Assembly (NCBI RefSeq): GCF_002571385.2
Contig: NW_019218004.1
Coordinates: 347,241 to 411,240 of the forward strand
From: Stylophora pistillata
Taxonomy: Eukaryota
Direction of reading: 5' to 3'
DNA: 64,000 nucleotides
Shown: piece after piece, positions 49,401-61,137 of the stretch
How positions within the stretch are numbered: position 1 is the stretch's first letter
Layout: the number at the start of each line of letters is the position of its first letter
The notes under the pieces: generated by a model
What the model was told of the DNA's origin: nothing
Databases searched by the model: none
Seen by the model: only the letters and a program-made list of their open reading frames with translations
Made by a program: the position numbers and the translations under genes

Positions 49401-52400
49401 ATGTGACTTGCGAAAGCCATACTGTGAGGAGTACAATAGGTTGTTTTTGTCAATAAATTCCTTCATCCGGAAGTACAAAAGTTTTTCAAAAATCCTATTA
49501 AAATTAGACAAAAGAGATATTGGTCGATAGTTTGAAGGGTCGGTCTCGTCGTCACTTTTATATATTGGCGTTATTTTAGAAATCTTAAGTTTTGAAGGAT
49601 AGACACCAAGGATAACAGATAAATTGAAAATATAAGAAAGAACTGGAGATATGATATTGCAAGAAGATTTAAGCAGTTGTGTAGGGCAGGAGTATAAGCC
49701 ACAGGATTTATTATTTGGTAGGGATAATATTTCCTGTTTAACTTCTTCTGGTGTAATGGGTTTGAAAAAGAAGGAAGAATCAGGTGATTTCAATTTACCA
49801 AGATAACTCATATAGTTATCTTTCTTTGGCAATTTACTTGCTAGTAAATTACCAACATTTGCAAAATGCTTATTTAGAATATTTGGTAATCTGGAAGGAT
49901 TTTGTGTTATTTGATTGTTATTGCTTGGGTCTTTCAGCTTCGTTAACACTCTGCTTTTTGTCCTTTGGTTATTTATTAATTCATTTATTACTTTCCACGT
50001 CTTTTTCATATTATTTGTATTTTTCTCAAAGAAATCATAGTAATAACGTTTTTTACTCAAACGAATAAGGTTTGTAATTTTATTTCTATAATATTTATAT
50101 TTACTATGTATTCCATTAACATATAGCTTGTTCTTTATTTTTATTGATGTCCTTATTCCTTTTGTTATCCACGGTTTTGCAAGTTGTTTAATTTTACGTT
50201 TGGATAAAATTTTAACAGGCGCATGGTTATTCACGACTGAATTTAATTTTCTGTAGAAAGATGAGAATAGTTCATCAATATTATTTGTTTTTGAGGCAAT
50301 AATAGCATCCCAGTCGATCGCGGACAAATCATTTTTAAATTCCTCATAGGAGAATTGAGAGAAGTCGCGTTTTTTAATTGTTTTCTTGATAGGTTTGTCT
50401 CGCTTAGATTTCAAAATACAAAATTGAGAAAAATGATCAGAGACATCGGTAATAATGTTTCCACTAATTAGAACTTGATCAGGATTATTAACGAAAATAT
50501 TATCAATAAGAGAGGCTGAGTTATTACGTACGCGTGTTGGCTTGTCAATAGTTGGAACAAGATAAAAACTTTGTAGGGCCAGTAGGAAATCCTGACTATA
50601 TGAAGATGATTCCGTCTTTAAAAGACATAGGTTAAAGTCACCCATTAAATAAAGTTAATGGACTAGTCACTTTATGCAGCAAAACTTAAGATTGGCAGTG
50701 TGATGGGTTTGACTGGGGTATAGGTGTAAGGAACAACATCAGATAATTAACTTTTTCCCTTGGGTATGGCAAGATTGTTCATAACACTTTAGAGATTGGA
50801 GAATTTTGATAGCCTTAGCTATTTGTAGTCATACATAGAGAATAGTCTCTTGTTATCTTGCACTATCATTCAGCCAGTCATTTCTTAAATAGGAAAACCC
50901 ATCATTACCAACATTTTCAAGAGATCTCCTTGACTTTATTTCTATCAGTGGACATCTTGAGGTAAATGTAGAGTTTCTCATTCAGATTGATAAACTGGTT
51001 CAGCTTATCGAGTCTCCAATATTCACATGTGAGTAATACCTTTTGTATAAATTTCAATTATTAAATTAAAATAAAATGATCTTGAGTGTTGAACCCTTAC
51101 TGTAACGAAATGATTTTAATTAATGCTATCAGTGATTTTCTTTAGGTTGGTGAGACTACACATTATAATGTCCTGCACATGTAGGTAGCATGTATCTCAT
51201 TGGTTTAGAGGATAGTTTTCTCTACCAATCCCAAAGGAATATAGATTTAACTAGTGCAGTCCTGCATTCCTTTTGACACTCAGTACAACATTGCTCCAGG
51301 TCATATATTATCTCAGATGTTTTGGTGTGTAGTATCGCTGAGTATTTTTAAAAGTTGTGCCCTATTTTGATGGGCCTGCAGGGCGTGTCAAAATACAAAC
51401 AAAAGCAATCCAAATAGAGGAGCAGTTTGTGACAGGTCTTGCATGACACTAACCTTAGATAACAGTAAAAAATAAACGATTATGTTTGTTACAGTTTTAC
51501 GTCTCCAGCTCTTGGACACACAACACAACCATTTTCTTTTGAAGTCCTTGTATGGCTTGCTGATGCTCCTTCCACAAAGTGATGCTTTCACAACCTTAAG
51601 AAACAGATTGGACTGTGTACCAAATGGAAGGGCACTACCATCTGACATAAGGTGAACTATAAAGTCAGGTCTCCTCTGTTAAGCACTGAAGTTCATTTTG
51701 ATCAGGGCCCAACACTAACTTTTTAACTTACTAGCCAAGCGGCTAGTGAAATCTTTCATGTTTTGACAGTTTCAGTTTGTTTACCAGCCAAACTGGCTTG
51801 TGGAAATAAAAAACCACCAGCCAAAACTGAATTTCTACTAGTCAGTGGCTAATAGGCTATGGTTAGTGTTGATCCCTGACAATTCTGGGACCATGTTTAG
51901 GGTATGTTATCAGTTCTTGCCCTAAGTTGGCAGAGATGATAAACCTTCAGACAGGGCTTGACACTAATGGTAGCCCACTAGCCACAGACTAGAAGAAATT
52001 CAGTTTTGGCTAGTGGTTTTCAATTTCCACTAGCCAGTTTGGCTAATAACCAAACTGAAATTATTGTAACATCTAAAAATATCTAAGATGTCACTAGCCA
52101 CTTGGCTAGTAAGTTGAAAAGTTAGTGTCGAGCCTTGCTTCAGAGATGTCAACTTTTTAGATTTTTTTTTCTGAGCCCCTTCCCACTATGTATCTGTAAC
52201 TTGACAGTCACCCCCTGTTAATGATGTCTACTGCCACCTGCATTTTCAACCAATGTTATTTTGGATGTAAACTGTTTGTGAGAGGTACCGTGGCCTCAAG
52301 GTGAGACTGATGTACTTCAGGTCAGGACACTTGACTCTGTCACCCAGTTTACCTTTCTCCATCCCATTGTAGAAATAGGTACCTGAAAAAAAAATGCTGA

Positions 52401-52764
52401 TGGATGAAGGGGGGGGGGTGGTGAGTAACCTGCAATGGACCAGCATCCCATGCAGGGGGCATGGCAACACTTCTAGTTGCTTCATGCTACAGAAATCAGA
52501 ATAACCCCTGCATTTGCCATTTTGGCCAGTGTACAAATTTTGCCTTTTTTCAAGGATTGTAAGACAGCCTCAATGGTGCATGGTTGACTCTGTTGTTTTT
52601 ATTTCAGTGATACTCATGGTGCCCATGACTTTCCATTGCGCGAACATGTTCAAAGAATAAATTTCAAGGAACTCCTACACCAGTTCAAGACTGTACAACA
52701 GAAACATTTTATAAACAAACATTCTCGCTCTCCACACTTGGCTAAGAATTTGTTGAATATGTAG
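37487..52764 (+). CDS. VAC14: Protein VAC14 homolog (PIKfyve/FIG4 scaffold), 16 exons, 726 aa
   Basis: Exons 37487-37587, 37882-38032, 39555-39722, 40462-40524, 42299-42406, 42529-42638, 43580-43686, 43793-43927, 44511-44764, 46006-46071, 46171-46400, 47248-47422, 47563-47681, 50949-51028, 51495-51651, 52608-52764; phases consistent. Peptides [61 protein letters not shown] and [11 protein letters not shown] are VAC14 hallmarks. Confidence 0.97.
38147..38880. mobile_element. Kolobok-like non-autonomous DNA transposon, copy 2 (VAC14 intron 2)
   Basis: Same TIRs and TTAA flanks (38143-38146, 38881-38884); arms nearly identical to 5617-7163; gap at 38576-38629. Confidence 0.85.
38969..39213. mobile_element. 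Degenerate MITE, possibly PIF/Harbinger-type
   Basis: Imperfect inverted ends GGACCGGGTTGATCAAAG / CTTTCAAATAACTGGGTCC with internal AACCCAGG/CCTGG motifs. Confidence 0.45.
40532..41536. mobile_element. TTAACCCT...AGGGTTAA (piggyBac-like) MITE carrying two nested insertions
   Basis: Halves of the recurrent family (also near 12576, 15421, 44790, 44957, 53298, 59885) are split by a TA-flanked TIR element (40562-41058, TACCGTAAAAGCC../..GGCTTTTACAATA) and a hairpin-ended element (~41226-41519). Confidence 0.65.
42790..43383 (-). mobile_element. Crypton-like non-autonomous element (hairpin plus TTATTATCCAAC inverted ends)
   Basis: Hairpin at 42792-42966; inverted TTATTATCCAAC/GTTGGATAATAA at 42971 and 43371. 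Minus ORF ..[15 protein letters not shown] resembles the N-terminus of Crypton-type tyrosine-recombinase proteins. Partial copy at ~51315-51400. Confidence 0.55.
43928..44510 (+). other. U12-type AT-AC intron (VAC14 intron 8)
   Basis: 5' ATATCCTTT, branch site TCCTTGAC at 44493-44500, 3' ...TTCAC. Splicing gives in-frame DKQNIKEVAK. Confidence 0.95.
45168..45650 (-). mobile_element. CR1-like LINE 3' fragment with (TTA)n tail
   Basis: Minus strand ..[27 protein letters not shown].. followed by a trinucleotide tail. Confidence 0.75.
46461..46637. mobile_element. Short insertion with internal inverted repeat and 9-bp TSD
   Basis: ATGTGAACA at 46452-46460 and 46638-46646; CATCCTCGGTGTAAAAACC / GGTTTTTACACCGAGGATG inverted pair. 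Confidence 0.7.
47682..50948 (+). other. U12-type GT-AG intron (VAC14 intron 13)
   Basis: 5' GTATCCTTA, branch site TCCTTGAC at 50927-50934, 3' TCAG. Splicing gives [13 protein letters not shown]. Confidence 0.9.
47890..50657 (-). mobile_element. Young 5'-truncated CR1/L2-group LINE with intact 836-aa ORF2 remnant (APE C-terminus plus RT)
   Basis: ORF 48135-50645 with GDFN, SLIDNIF and SDH (APE); [30 protein letters not shown] and FADDT (RT). 3' stem-loop at 47941-47981, tail (TAAAGTGTG)2, TSD ATGGACTA at 47882-47889 and 50658-50665. Confidence 0.95.
51704..52137. mobile_element. Two hAT-like MITEs (CAGGG termini) in opposite orientation
   Basis: 51704-51878 and 51952-52137 each have CAGGG..ACACTAA / TTAGTGT..CCCTG-type ends and are reverse complements of each other. 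Confidence 0.75.
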
Positions 52765-54496
52765 ATATTTTGACAGGTTTTTTTTTATAAGAACGTGCAA
52801 AAAAAATTACAAATTTTATTTTGAAGTGTAAAATAATGTCATTTGTTAATAAAGATCATTGATTGCCAATGTAGCTGGATAAAATATTATTAAAAAGATT
52901 ATCCTTTTTAGAACCCAGTTGTTTTGAAAGACAAGTGTATTTTGATGTTTTACCACATTAAGACTGTCATGAGACATTATTATATGGCTATGTCTCACAA
53001 GGACTGGGAACTACTGAATTCACAAGTTTGATTGGCTGAAATCAATATTGAAAGCGGTCTAGATTTTTTCATCTAGACCGGCATCTAGATCGGTCTAGAA
53101 AGAAAAAAAGGTACAAAGAATATAAAAAATTAGCACGGCCATACAATAAACATCTTATTAACCAAGCTAGGTCGGTCTGTAGGGGAGAATATTGACCTTG
53201 GTTTCTGGTACAGACCTCACTGCGTTCGGTCCGCACTGGTGACCTTGGTCAAGATTCTCCCATACAGACCTCCTGCTTGGTTGATAACAACTAATTATTA
53301 ACCCTTTAAACGATCTTAACATCAGTTTGCAAGTTCTCCATTCATTTCTGATGGTAAATACAAGCAGGGCTGTGGTCCAGCAGTGCCTGGGGGCCCCTGG
53401 CACTTTACTTTTGCTCTTAGGCGACTCAGGAATCTAATTTTTTTCATAAAAATCATATGCTGGGCACCCTGCATTTTACAGTTTCAGAGCACTGGGCTCC
53501 CTTCAACTTTTCTTAGAACACAGCCTTGACAAGGAGCATTTGTTGAACAATCAAGAACTTTTTGAGTTTGATATTGCTGGGAGAAGTCAGATGCTCATAA
53601 TTCTTAGGGGTTCCTGACCAGTCAAGCCAAAAGGTATTGAGAGTAGCATCTAATTAGTTTTAAGAGGTAGAAATCTTACAAAGGTTCTGCCTCTAGTCCA
53701 ACATTTACAAATGCATTATTTACTACGCTTGTTCAGTCAAGGTAACTGGATATTAGCAGAGTTCTTTTTTGCATTTTTATGGACCAAGACTAAGTGAAGG
53801 TCCATAAAAATGCGAACAAACAAAAAATGAACTTACCGTAAAGGATTTATTACATAGCAAAAAGATTGCACTTTATTAAGAATCAAGAGTGACTTGTTTA
53901 TTTTGAGAGGCAGGAAAGAAAGCTTACTCTGATTGTAGCACAATAAACCCACGAGAGTGGTTTATGATTTCTTTATAATTATTTTGACTGTCTTCCCCCA
54001 CTTTTTGTAACTCCATTGTCCAAAAATTTTGAAGACTTTAAGTCTGCACCACCTGATTTTTTTCTTGTGTGGAATCTAAAAGGGCAATCCTAAGTGGGTA
54101 CCCAATCAGAACATGGGATTTGTTTGATAAAAGACCACTTATAGATTGATAAGTTAATGAAACCAAAGTACATGACACATAAAGCACAAAGCAACAATAA
54201 GAGTAGTACAAATCAGTGTGGATTTCAAACCATTTATCAATTATTCAGGCACCCCTCTCATCAAGTCAAGTAAATTTATTTTTTGAAACTTCCCAAAATT
54301 TCTTCAGTCAGTGAAAGTGTTTCCTTACAAAAATTACTAAATTTGCCCCTCAGAAGATACAGTGTAGAAGGTTAGCATTTGACAATTATAAGCTGATGTC
54401 AAGTAAAAGTCACACAGCTGTTAGTATTTACATTGTCATTCAAAGTGCTCTTAGTTATTTGATAGTATCAACAAAGAACAGGTCCATCTTCTTTCT

Positions 54497-56889
54497 TCAA
54501 TGATGATCAGCAGCCATGACATATCTTAGTCCACAATAGCCACAAGGGTGAGGTCCTTCCTGGTCCTGCAGCACATCAAAATTCATTTATTAATGTTGTG
54601 TTGTGCAATCTTTACAGAATTCTAATTATGGTAAACATCATTAAAAATCTCCAGTAGAGGGCCATGTGTGACAGTGTGAGCAGGGCTGGATAGCCCACAG
54701 CCTTGCAAAATGTAGGATAACTTAGTGCTTGAGAAGATAGGAAAGAGAAAAAGTGAGCCAGTCAATAAGTATGGTATGGTGTGATAAGCAAACAAACATT
54801 ATCCTTAGACCTTGCCACATTAACATTAAAAAAACTCTCAGTTTAGTAAAAGGATATGAATCCCCTTAATAGTTAATTGAAAATGTAAGAAATTAAAAGC
54901 AGGCATGGAAAACTGTGATCTGACATTACCATAAAAAAAAAAACAGCAAATAAAATTTGGAAAATATCTCATTCAGATTCTATGCCTTACAATCTTTCCA
55001 TGAGTGAAATAGTTGTACCGGTAATGCAAGAGCTTATCCCATTAACAGATCCCACCTCAAGCAGGGAAGCTTATTTCCTTTTCAAGAGATGGCATCCCTC
55101 CCAATTTGAAATATGAGGTCCTGAATTCATTCACAGGTAAACCTTCACCCCATCCTACCTCATTCCCTTAGTAAATTTCTAGCCAAATTTCCTTCCACAC
55201 TCCTGATGGGAGAGGGGGTGTGATCACAACACAACACTTTTACATGTAACACACTGAGGTTTGTTTTAACTCACAAACATAAAGTTTGCACATAATAATG
55301 TAATTCCTACCAAGTTGATGTACACCTTAGGATGTCCAAGAGGTCCTCCTCCTAATTTTGAAAAAAATTAATCTATAGGTTGTCTAAGTTTGACAGTAAA
55401 TATCTTGTTCTGCCTCCCAAAAAGTAAAAACATTAAAAGCTTTAATGAAGGTGAACAGATACATATGACAGAGGAACAACCAAAACAAATCAGGTGTGTG
55501 TGGCTGGAAATGATTAACAAAGTTTTTAAGTGAACAGGCTGAGTTTTTTTAATAATAATAATATAATAATAAATAGATGCTTATAGGGTGCATTTCTAAT
55601 CTCAATGCGCCTAACAACAGATTATTTAGACTTAAGAATAAGTAATTTATTAACAGTAATGTTTTTTAAACAAAAATGTCTTAAGCCCAGTTTTGAATGT
55701 TTCTACTGTTTCCGCTCTTTTAATATATTCGGGAATTGAGTTCCATAGTTTCGGTGGAGACAAAAGTTTGCCAAGTTTTCTTAGGCATCTGTTAATTTCA
55801 AGTAATGCAGAACACATGTTCAACAAGTAATGTAAGACATGCTATTAAATTGATTGTGAAGTATGATCATTTTATAAAGTATGGTCCTGAAAAGACTGTT
55901 GTGGGTAACAGTGAATGACAGAGACCTCCCTGAAACACCAGTTTGATACCAACAGCAGTCCTTATTTGCAGCCCTCTTGGCAAGGTTTCCTTACAATCTA
56001 ATACTTTCTTATGCATGCAATTCAAGGATAAAAAATGGCAACAGTTATTATTTACCCTTGGTCCTACGACCTCATCTTGACATGGGGTCGCAAAAATCAG
56101 AAATATTTCCAAATAACCTCATAATATTCTCAGACAAAGCCACAGTCCCACTGGCAAACTTTTGTTTTCGCCAAGAACTGTATGCATACCAAGGATGGGT
56201 TTGTGCAATGATCTTGCCCAAAAATCTTTTCCATACTCTCACTCACGCGATCAGACCACACAATTTGCGATCACTACTCGGTTAAAACCATATAAAGCAG
56301 TAAAACAAGAGAAAAAAATCTGACCTCCATCACACCATACATGACGCCCATGAATTTCCTTTGGTGGTTCTTCTGCGACAAGGTCAATAGCAAACTTTTC
56401 ATTTACCTATACGTAAGCGAAATTTAGAACTTAAATTTACATGATAAACTGCATGTGTTTCAATATAAATGAATACTACACTGCCATTGCATGTATGATC
56501 TAAATGTACTCTGATGAATACCACCAAGTTAGCTTTTTTCTAAGTTAAAGCTTGCCTTATAATGCCTTGCTGTAAAAAAATGCCTTACCTCCTTTGGCCT
56601 GTCTGTAAAGCGGGCCATTCTGTAGTCGCTTGGTCCCCATTGCTACAAATTTTGGGGGAACATTTTTAACAATTAACATAAGTTAATGCTCACAGCAATC
56701 ATAATTTTAATTTGTTATAAAAATTTTTGTCAGTGCCATGATTACAACGAAATCCTTAATCACCTGTCCAGTGTGAGTCACTTTATCTGGAGTAGCAGAA
56801 TTTGGGGCGGAAAAGTGGAGGGCCACGACGCAACGGAAGTTGTTCCGAACAAGTAATCGTCGAGAAACAACTCTCAAGGGGGCCGCCAT
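54497..56889 (-). CDS. NDUFS6: NADH dehydrogenase [ubiquinone] iron-sulfur protein 6, mitochondrial; 5 exons, 123 aa
   Basis: Exons 56889-56764, 56642-56589, 56406-56325, 55351-55311, 54565-54497. Arg-rich presequence, THTGQ, DYRMARF, VNEKFAIDLV, WCDGGGGPLGHPKVYINLD and CGYCGLRY (zf-CHCC). Confidence 0.97.
55550..55758 (-). mobile_element. L2-like LINE 3' fragment in NDUFS6 intron 3
   Basis: Minus strand PKLWNSIPEYIKRAETVETFKTGLKTFLF followed by a (TTA)n-like tail. Confidence 0.7.
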
Positions 56890-56974
56890 TTTGACCACAG
56901 GAATCCCACAATGCTGTTCGTTACTCTGAAGCTAGTCATGTAAGGGTCAGCGGTATACTGCAATCAACAACAAC
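56890..56974. promoter_or_regulatory. Bidirectional promoter NDUFS6/RP9 (85 bp between ATGs)
   Basis: Divergent start codons at 56889 and 56975. Staf/ZNF143-like TCCCACAATGC at 56904-56914; YY1-like AAAATGGCGG and AACATGGCGG overlap the two ATGs. Confidence 0.8.
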
Positions 56975-59900
56975 ATGGCGGACAGGTCGGTAGATAGGAA
57001 AATAGATAGAAAAAGAGAAAAAGGCGAAAGGAAAGAGGAGAGAAAGAAGAGGAAACGCAGTGAAAATGAAGAAATAGAACTTGCCAAACACTATGAAACA
57101 TTGTAAGGGAAAAATCTCTTAAATTTGTCTTTAGATAAATTGGGAACGCAATATTGTGATCATGTACATGAGATATGTTGTTAGGCTAGCAAATTATCTG
57201 AAAAGTTTTTAAAAATCCATTCAGTTCAAACGGCATCTATATTTACGTGTTATTATGACTGTGCTTGCATCTATAGCTATGAACAGCCACCCCCTGGGAT
57301 CATAAAGGTAAGAGCCTGGTATCTAACAAATTCTGATTTGTCTTAGCTTAGCTCATTGCCCTGGAATATAAGCACATTAGTGAATGCTCCCTTAGGTGAA
57401 CTCTAATGTAAAATTTCTACATGCCACCATGTTCATTTCAGACAGTTGGGATCAAAGAGTTTCCCCCTTGTGACATTTTAGATATGGTCTACACAGTTTT
57501 GTAATGATATGTGATTTGTTGACAGCTTGCCTTATTCAGTAATCTGCCTAATGAAATAAGCAGTGATTTTATTGCTCAAAAGATTTGCCTCCAACATGAC
57601 TTGTTGAATGTTTTTTACAACACAGAACAACACAAAACAGTTTTTGAGAATGTTCTACATGGGTTTTTATATTGCAGAAGGTTAACTTGACAGGAAAGTG
57701 CAAACCTGCCATCAGCCATGTTGCAGCATTACTGCACCAAACAAACTTTACAACCCAATGATAATGAATAGTGTACAGAGTATCTAAAATGTCTGGTATA
57801 ATACCTTATCCAAAGTTAGCCTTTGCAACTCTGTTTGGTAATTTAGGGATACAAAATTCTGATTATTGTGATTGCTCCTTCTCAACTAGGAGAAAGTACA
57901 AAGTTAGCCTTTGCGACTCTGTTTGGTAATTTAGGGATACAAAATTCTGATTATTGTGATTGCTGCCTTCTCAACTAGGAGAAAGAGGACCTTCCAGAGG
58001 AATGTATACCTGATTTACCTGAAAACCAGGGTGCACGAGATTTTCTTTCTCATGCCCCCACTAAAGGCTTGTGGATGCCACTTGGAAAGGAGGTCAAAGT
58101 TATGAAATGTGAGTTATATTAGAAACTTAATATTCTTGAATGAGTGTATGTGTTGTAGTTCAATTTTATCCTTGGTTCAAATTTTATTTTCCTTTGTTTC
58201 AAACTCATTATCATACATTAACATGACCGAGAAAAAAGGAAAATAAAATTGAACCAAGTTATAGAATTGAACTACAACATATATTACATTACAAGGGTTT
58301 ATTTTCTCATGAAGTGGGTGATACAGTATCATGCAAAGCAGGTATTTCTGTCTCCCTTTCATCCAAGTAGGGAAAGTGTTAGCCCTTCATTCCCTTCCTA
58401 ACCTCCCTCCCCCCTCTTCCCACTAATGGCTGTGTGGCCAAAACAGGTAAAGCGTGGGGATTTATTTGGCAGTCTTTGTTTTCATCTCTCAAGTGTTACT
58501 ATGTAGTTATTGACTGAGTGGGGGGGCCAGACAAAAAATATTCGGCTGGCGGTCATAACATGCAGACCTTACTGCATTGGTCCTTGCCCTATGATCAAAA
58601 ACCAAATATTTTCCCATTTGGCCCAACCAAACTCAGTTGATGAGTATTTTATCATATGACCACTAAGTGTTGAAAATTTCAACCTTAATTGAACAAGATA
58701 GACAGGTACATGCAGGCACACAAGCACAAGAAAATTTTGATATGAGGACAGCAGAGTGGCATGGCTTTTTCAGGATGGGTTCATGCCAACCTGTGCAGCC
58801 CTGCACATGTCAGCTTTCACTATGGTTTTCTTTGGGATTGTGCAAGCGGGGCCAGACAGGTCATATGATAATTTGACATCTTTGGCCTAGTGAGAGAGGC
58901 GGTGGCTCAACAGTTGGTGAGCTGGACTCTGGATCGAGAGGTGCCGTGGGATTTTTGGGCAAGAGACTTAACTTTCATAGTGCCACTCTCCACCCAGGGG
59001 TGTAAATGGGTAACAACAAACTGTCAAGGAAACCTGACAAATGTTGGGGGGGGGGGTGGATAACCTGCAGAGAACTAGCATCCTATAGAAACCCGAATAA
59101 GCTCCATACCCACTTACTTGGCTTTAAAATTTGAATGATCCCTTATATAGGTTGGCGATGTAAAGCCTATGGTCACAGGACAGGTGACAGGGAGTGTCCC
59201 ATGTTTATCAGTGGCAACAAAAACAGTGAAAAGTTTCGAATGGTGAGATCTTGTTGACTTAACGAGGTACCAAATATTACGAAAGGTACATGGAGGTGAA
59301 AGTGACAAACTACTATTAAATAACTATATATTAGGGTCCACTGCAAATGCTTTAATCTGATTGGTTTCACAACTCACTTTGTAGTTTTTGATGATGAAAT
59401 TCAGTGAATAACTTTTCAGTAAACAGTTGTAAAGATTAAAAAATGAAGGCACAAGCCTGTTTTGTTGTCAGGTTTTAAATTGCTAGTAAGTTTTGAATGA
59501 CTGTTGATTATCTGTTAATTATGTACATTTTGTGTACCCTAATGTAGATAAATTTTTGATATACAAATCAGGCACATGAAGACCCAATGCATGAGTTTAT
59601 TCAAGATAAAAAGAGAGCAGAAAAAGAAAGCAGGTAGTATACTGTTTTGGGCCTTGTGTACACTCAGTGATGAAGTTTATCCATTAATTTTTATTACCGA
59701 ATGGAATATTTCAGAGCTGTAGTCACTTGGCTTGATGTGACATTAGATGTACTGTCTTGTGAATAACCCACCATCATTTTGTATGGCTGCCCTGAAAATT
59801 GTCGTGGTGTGAAGAGGTGCTCTGTAGATTGAATATATCTCAGTCTTGCTGAAGATTTTTAAAAATGAAACTACTGGTATACAGTCAACCCTTGGAGCCC

Positions 59901-60544
59901 AAATGGTGACCAGCATCTGATTTCTCCTTACAATATCACCCCTGAATCACACTTTAAGGTCAGGAGAATAAAGGAAATGATCACCAATTAAAGAAGCTCT
60001 TGATTCACTGTTAAACTGATTCTCCTTGTTTACTTGAACAGAATGGAGAAAATGCATACTGATGTTAAGGATGTAATGGAGAATTTCCTTAAATTGTTTT
60101 TCATGCCATTACTATACAAAATGTTATGTACTCAGCAATGTCACATCACTTCTTGCTGGTGTCAATTTTACAACGTTTCATGACTTGTAATGTCACTTTA
60201 CAATGTCACAACATGACATGTCACTGTATCAGGTGATGACACTTCATCATACCAAATCAACCCAAAAATAGATTGCAGCTTAAGTTGGTCATTTTAATTT
60301 TTTTTTTTTCAGAATACAACAGCTCAAGGCCTTACTTGAGGAGTCAACAACAAGTGAAAGTGATTTAGAAAAAAGCAGCGAAGACTCAAGTGATGAAGAC
60401 AGAAAAAAAAGACATAGAAAATCCAAGGTGAAACGTAAACGGAAAGAGAAGAGTAAACATGGACATAAACATCGGAAGTTATCGAAACATAACGACGGTG
60501 ATAGAAGGGAAGATGATTCAAGGGAAAAGAAGGAGAAGAGATGA
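56975..60544 (+). CDS. RP9: Retinitis pigmentosa 9 protein homolog (PAP-1, splicing-associated); 6 exons, 224 aa
   Basis: Exons 56975-57102, 57277-57307, 57979-58108, 59151-59242, 59572-59633, 60313-60544. Peptides FYEQPPPGIIK, FLSHAPTKGLWMPLGKEVKVMKCWRCKAYGHRTGDRECP, AHEDPM and RIQQLKALLE; Lys-rich tail. Confidence 0.97.
57811..57985 (+). repeat. Tandem duplication (~87 bp x2) of the RP9 intron 2 acceptor region
   Basis: 57811-57896 and 57899-57985 differ by one substitution and one 1-nt indel; both end CTCAACTAG|GAGAAAG. Confidence 0.92.
58892..59105 (+). mobile_element. Degenerate tRNA-derived SINE with CORE-like middle
   Basis: tRNA-like head GGCGGTGGCTCAA..GGACTCTGGATCGAGAGGT, then TTGGGCAAGAGACTTAAC..CCACCCAGG..TGTAAATGGGT. 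Related copy at ~52280-52510. Confidence 0.6.
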
Positions 60545-61085
60545 GATTTTTTTAGGGTAGGGGACATAGCATGACATGCGTTATCAAGTTATTATCATTT
60601 GTGAAAAGGCACGTGAGTATATTTGTTGTAGCCTACTGTACCACTCCCGTTCATGTTCAGTGTGTTATACCCGAGACAGGAACGGTGGTCCGTGTGTGAT
60701 CATGTCAAGAAGAGGCTTTTGGAAAACACATTAAATGTGATCCCTTCACCTTGATGGAGTAAAGCCCTGTACGCCAATGCAAATGAATCTGAGATCACAT
60801 CTGCTATTTCCCAAGAGTTTACGGTCCCAGATAAAACAAACATTTCCAGAAACGGCTCTCCCACTCAGCCAGTTGGTACATGTGGATATTAACTTGAGGG
60901 TCAGTGTCAAAGAAACGACGGAAACGTTTTGAAGAAAGACAAAAGTTTAATCCCGCAGTATTACCTAGTCAACTTAGCTACCCATTATTACACATCTTAT
61001 GCTTACAGAATTCAGTCTCTACCGACGGAACACACTCATTTCCTGTCATACGTTCAGTATACCACACTACTGGTGCCAGCTCGAG

Positions 61086-61137
61086 CAACCTCGTTCCCAG
61101 TCCCCAGCTAAGAGAAAAGGAAATGGGAACGAGGTTG
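61086..61137. mobile_element. 52-bp micro-MITE with 14-bp TIRs and 10-bp TSD
   Basis: CAACCTCGTTCCCA...TGGGAACGAGGTTG flanked by CCAGCTCGAG at 61076-61085 and 61138-61147. Confidence 0.88.
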
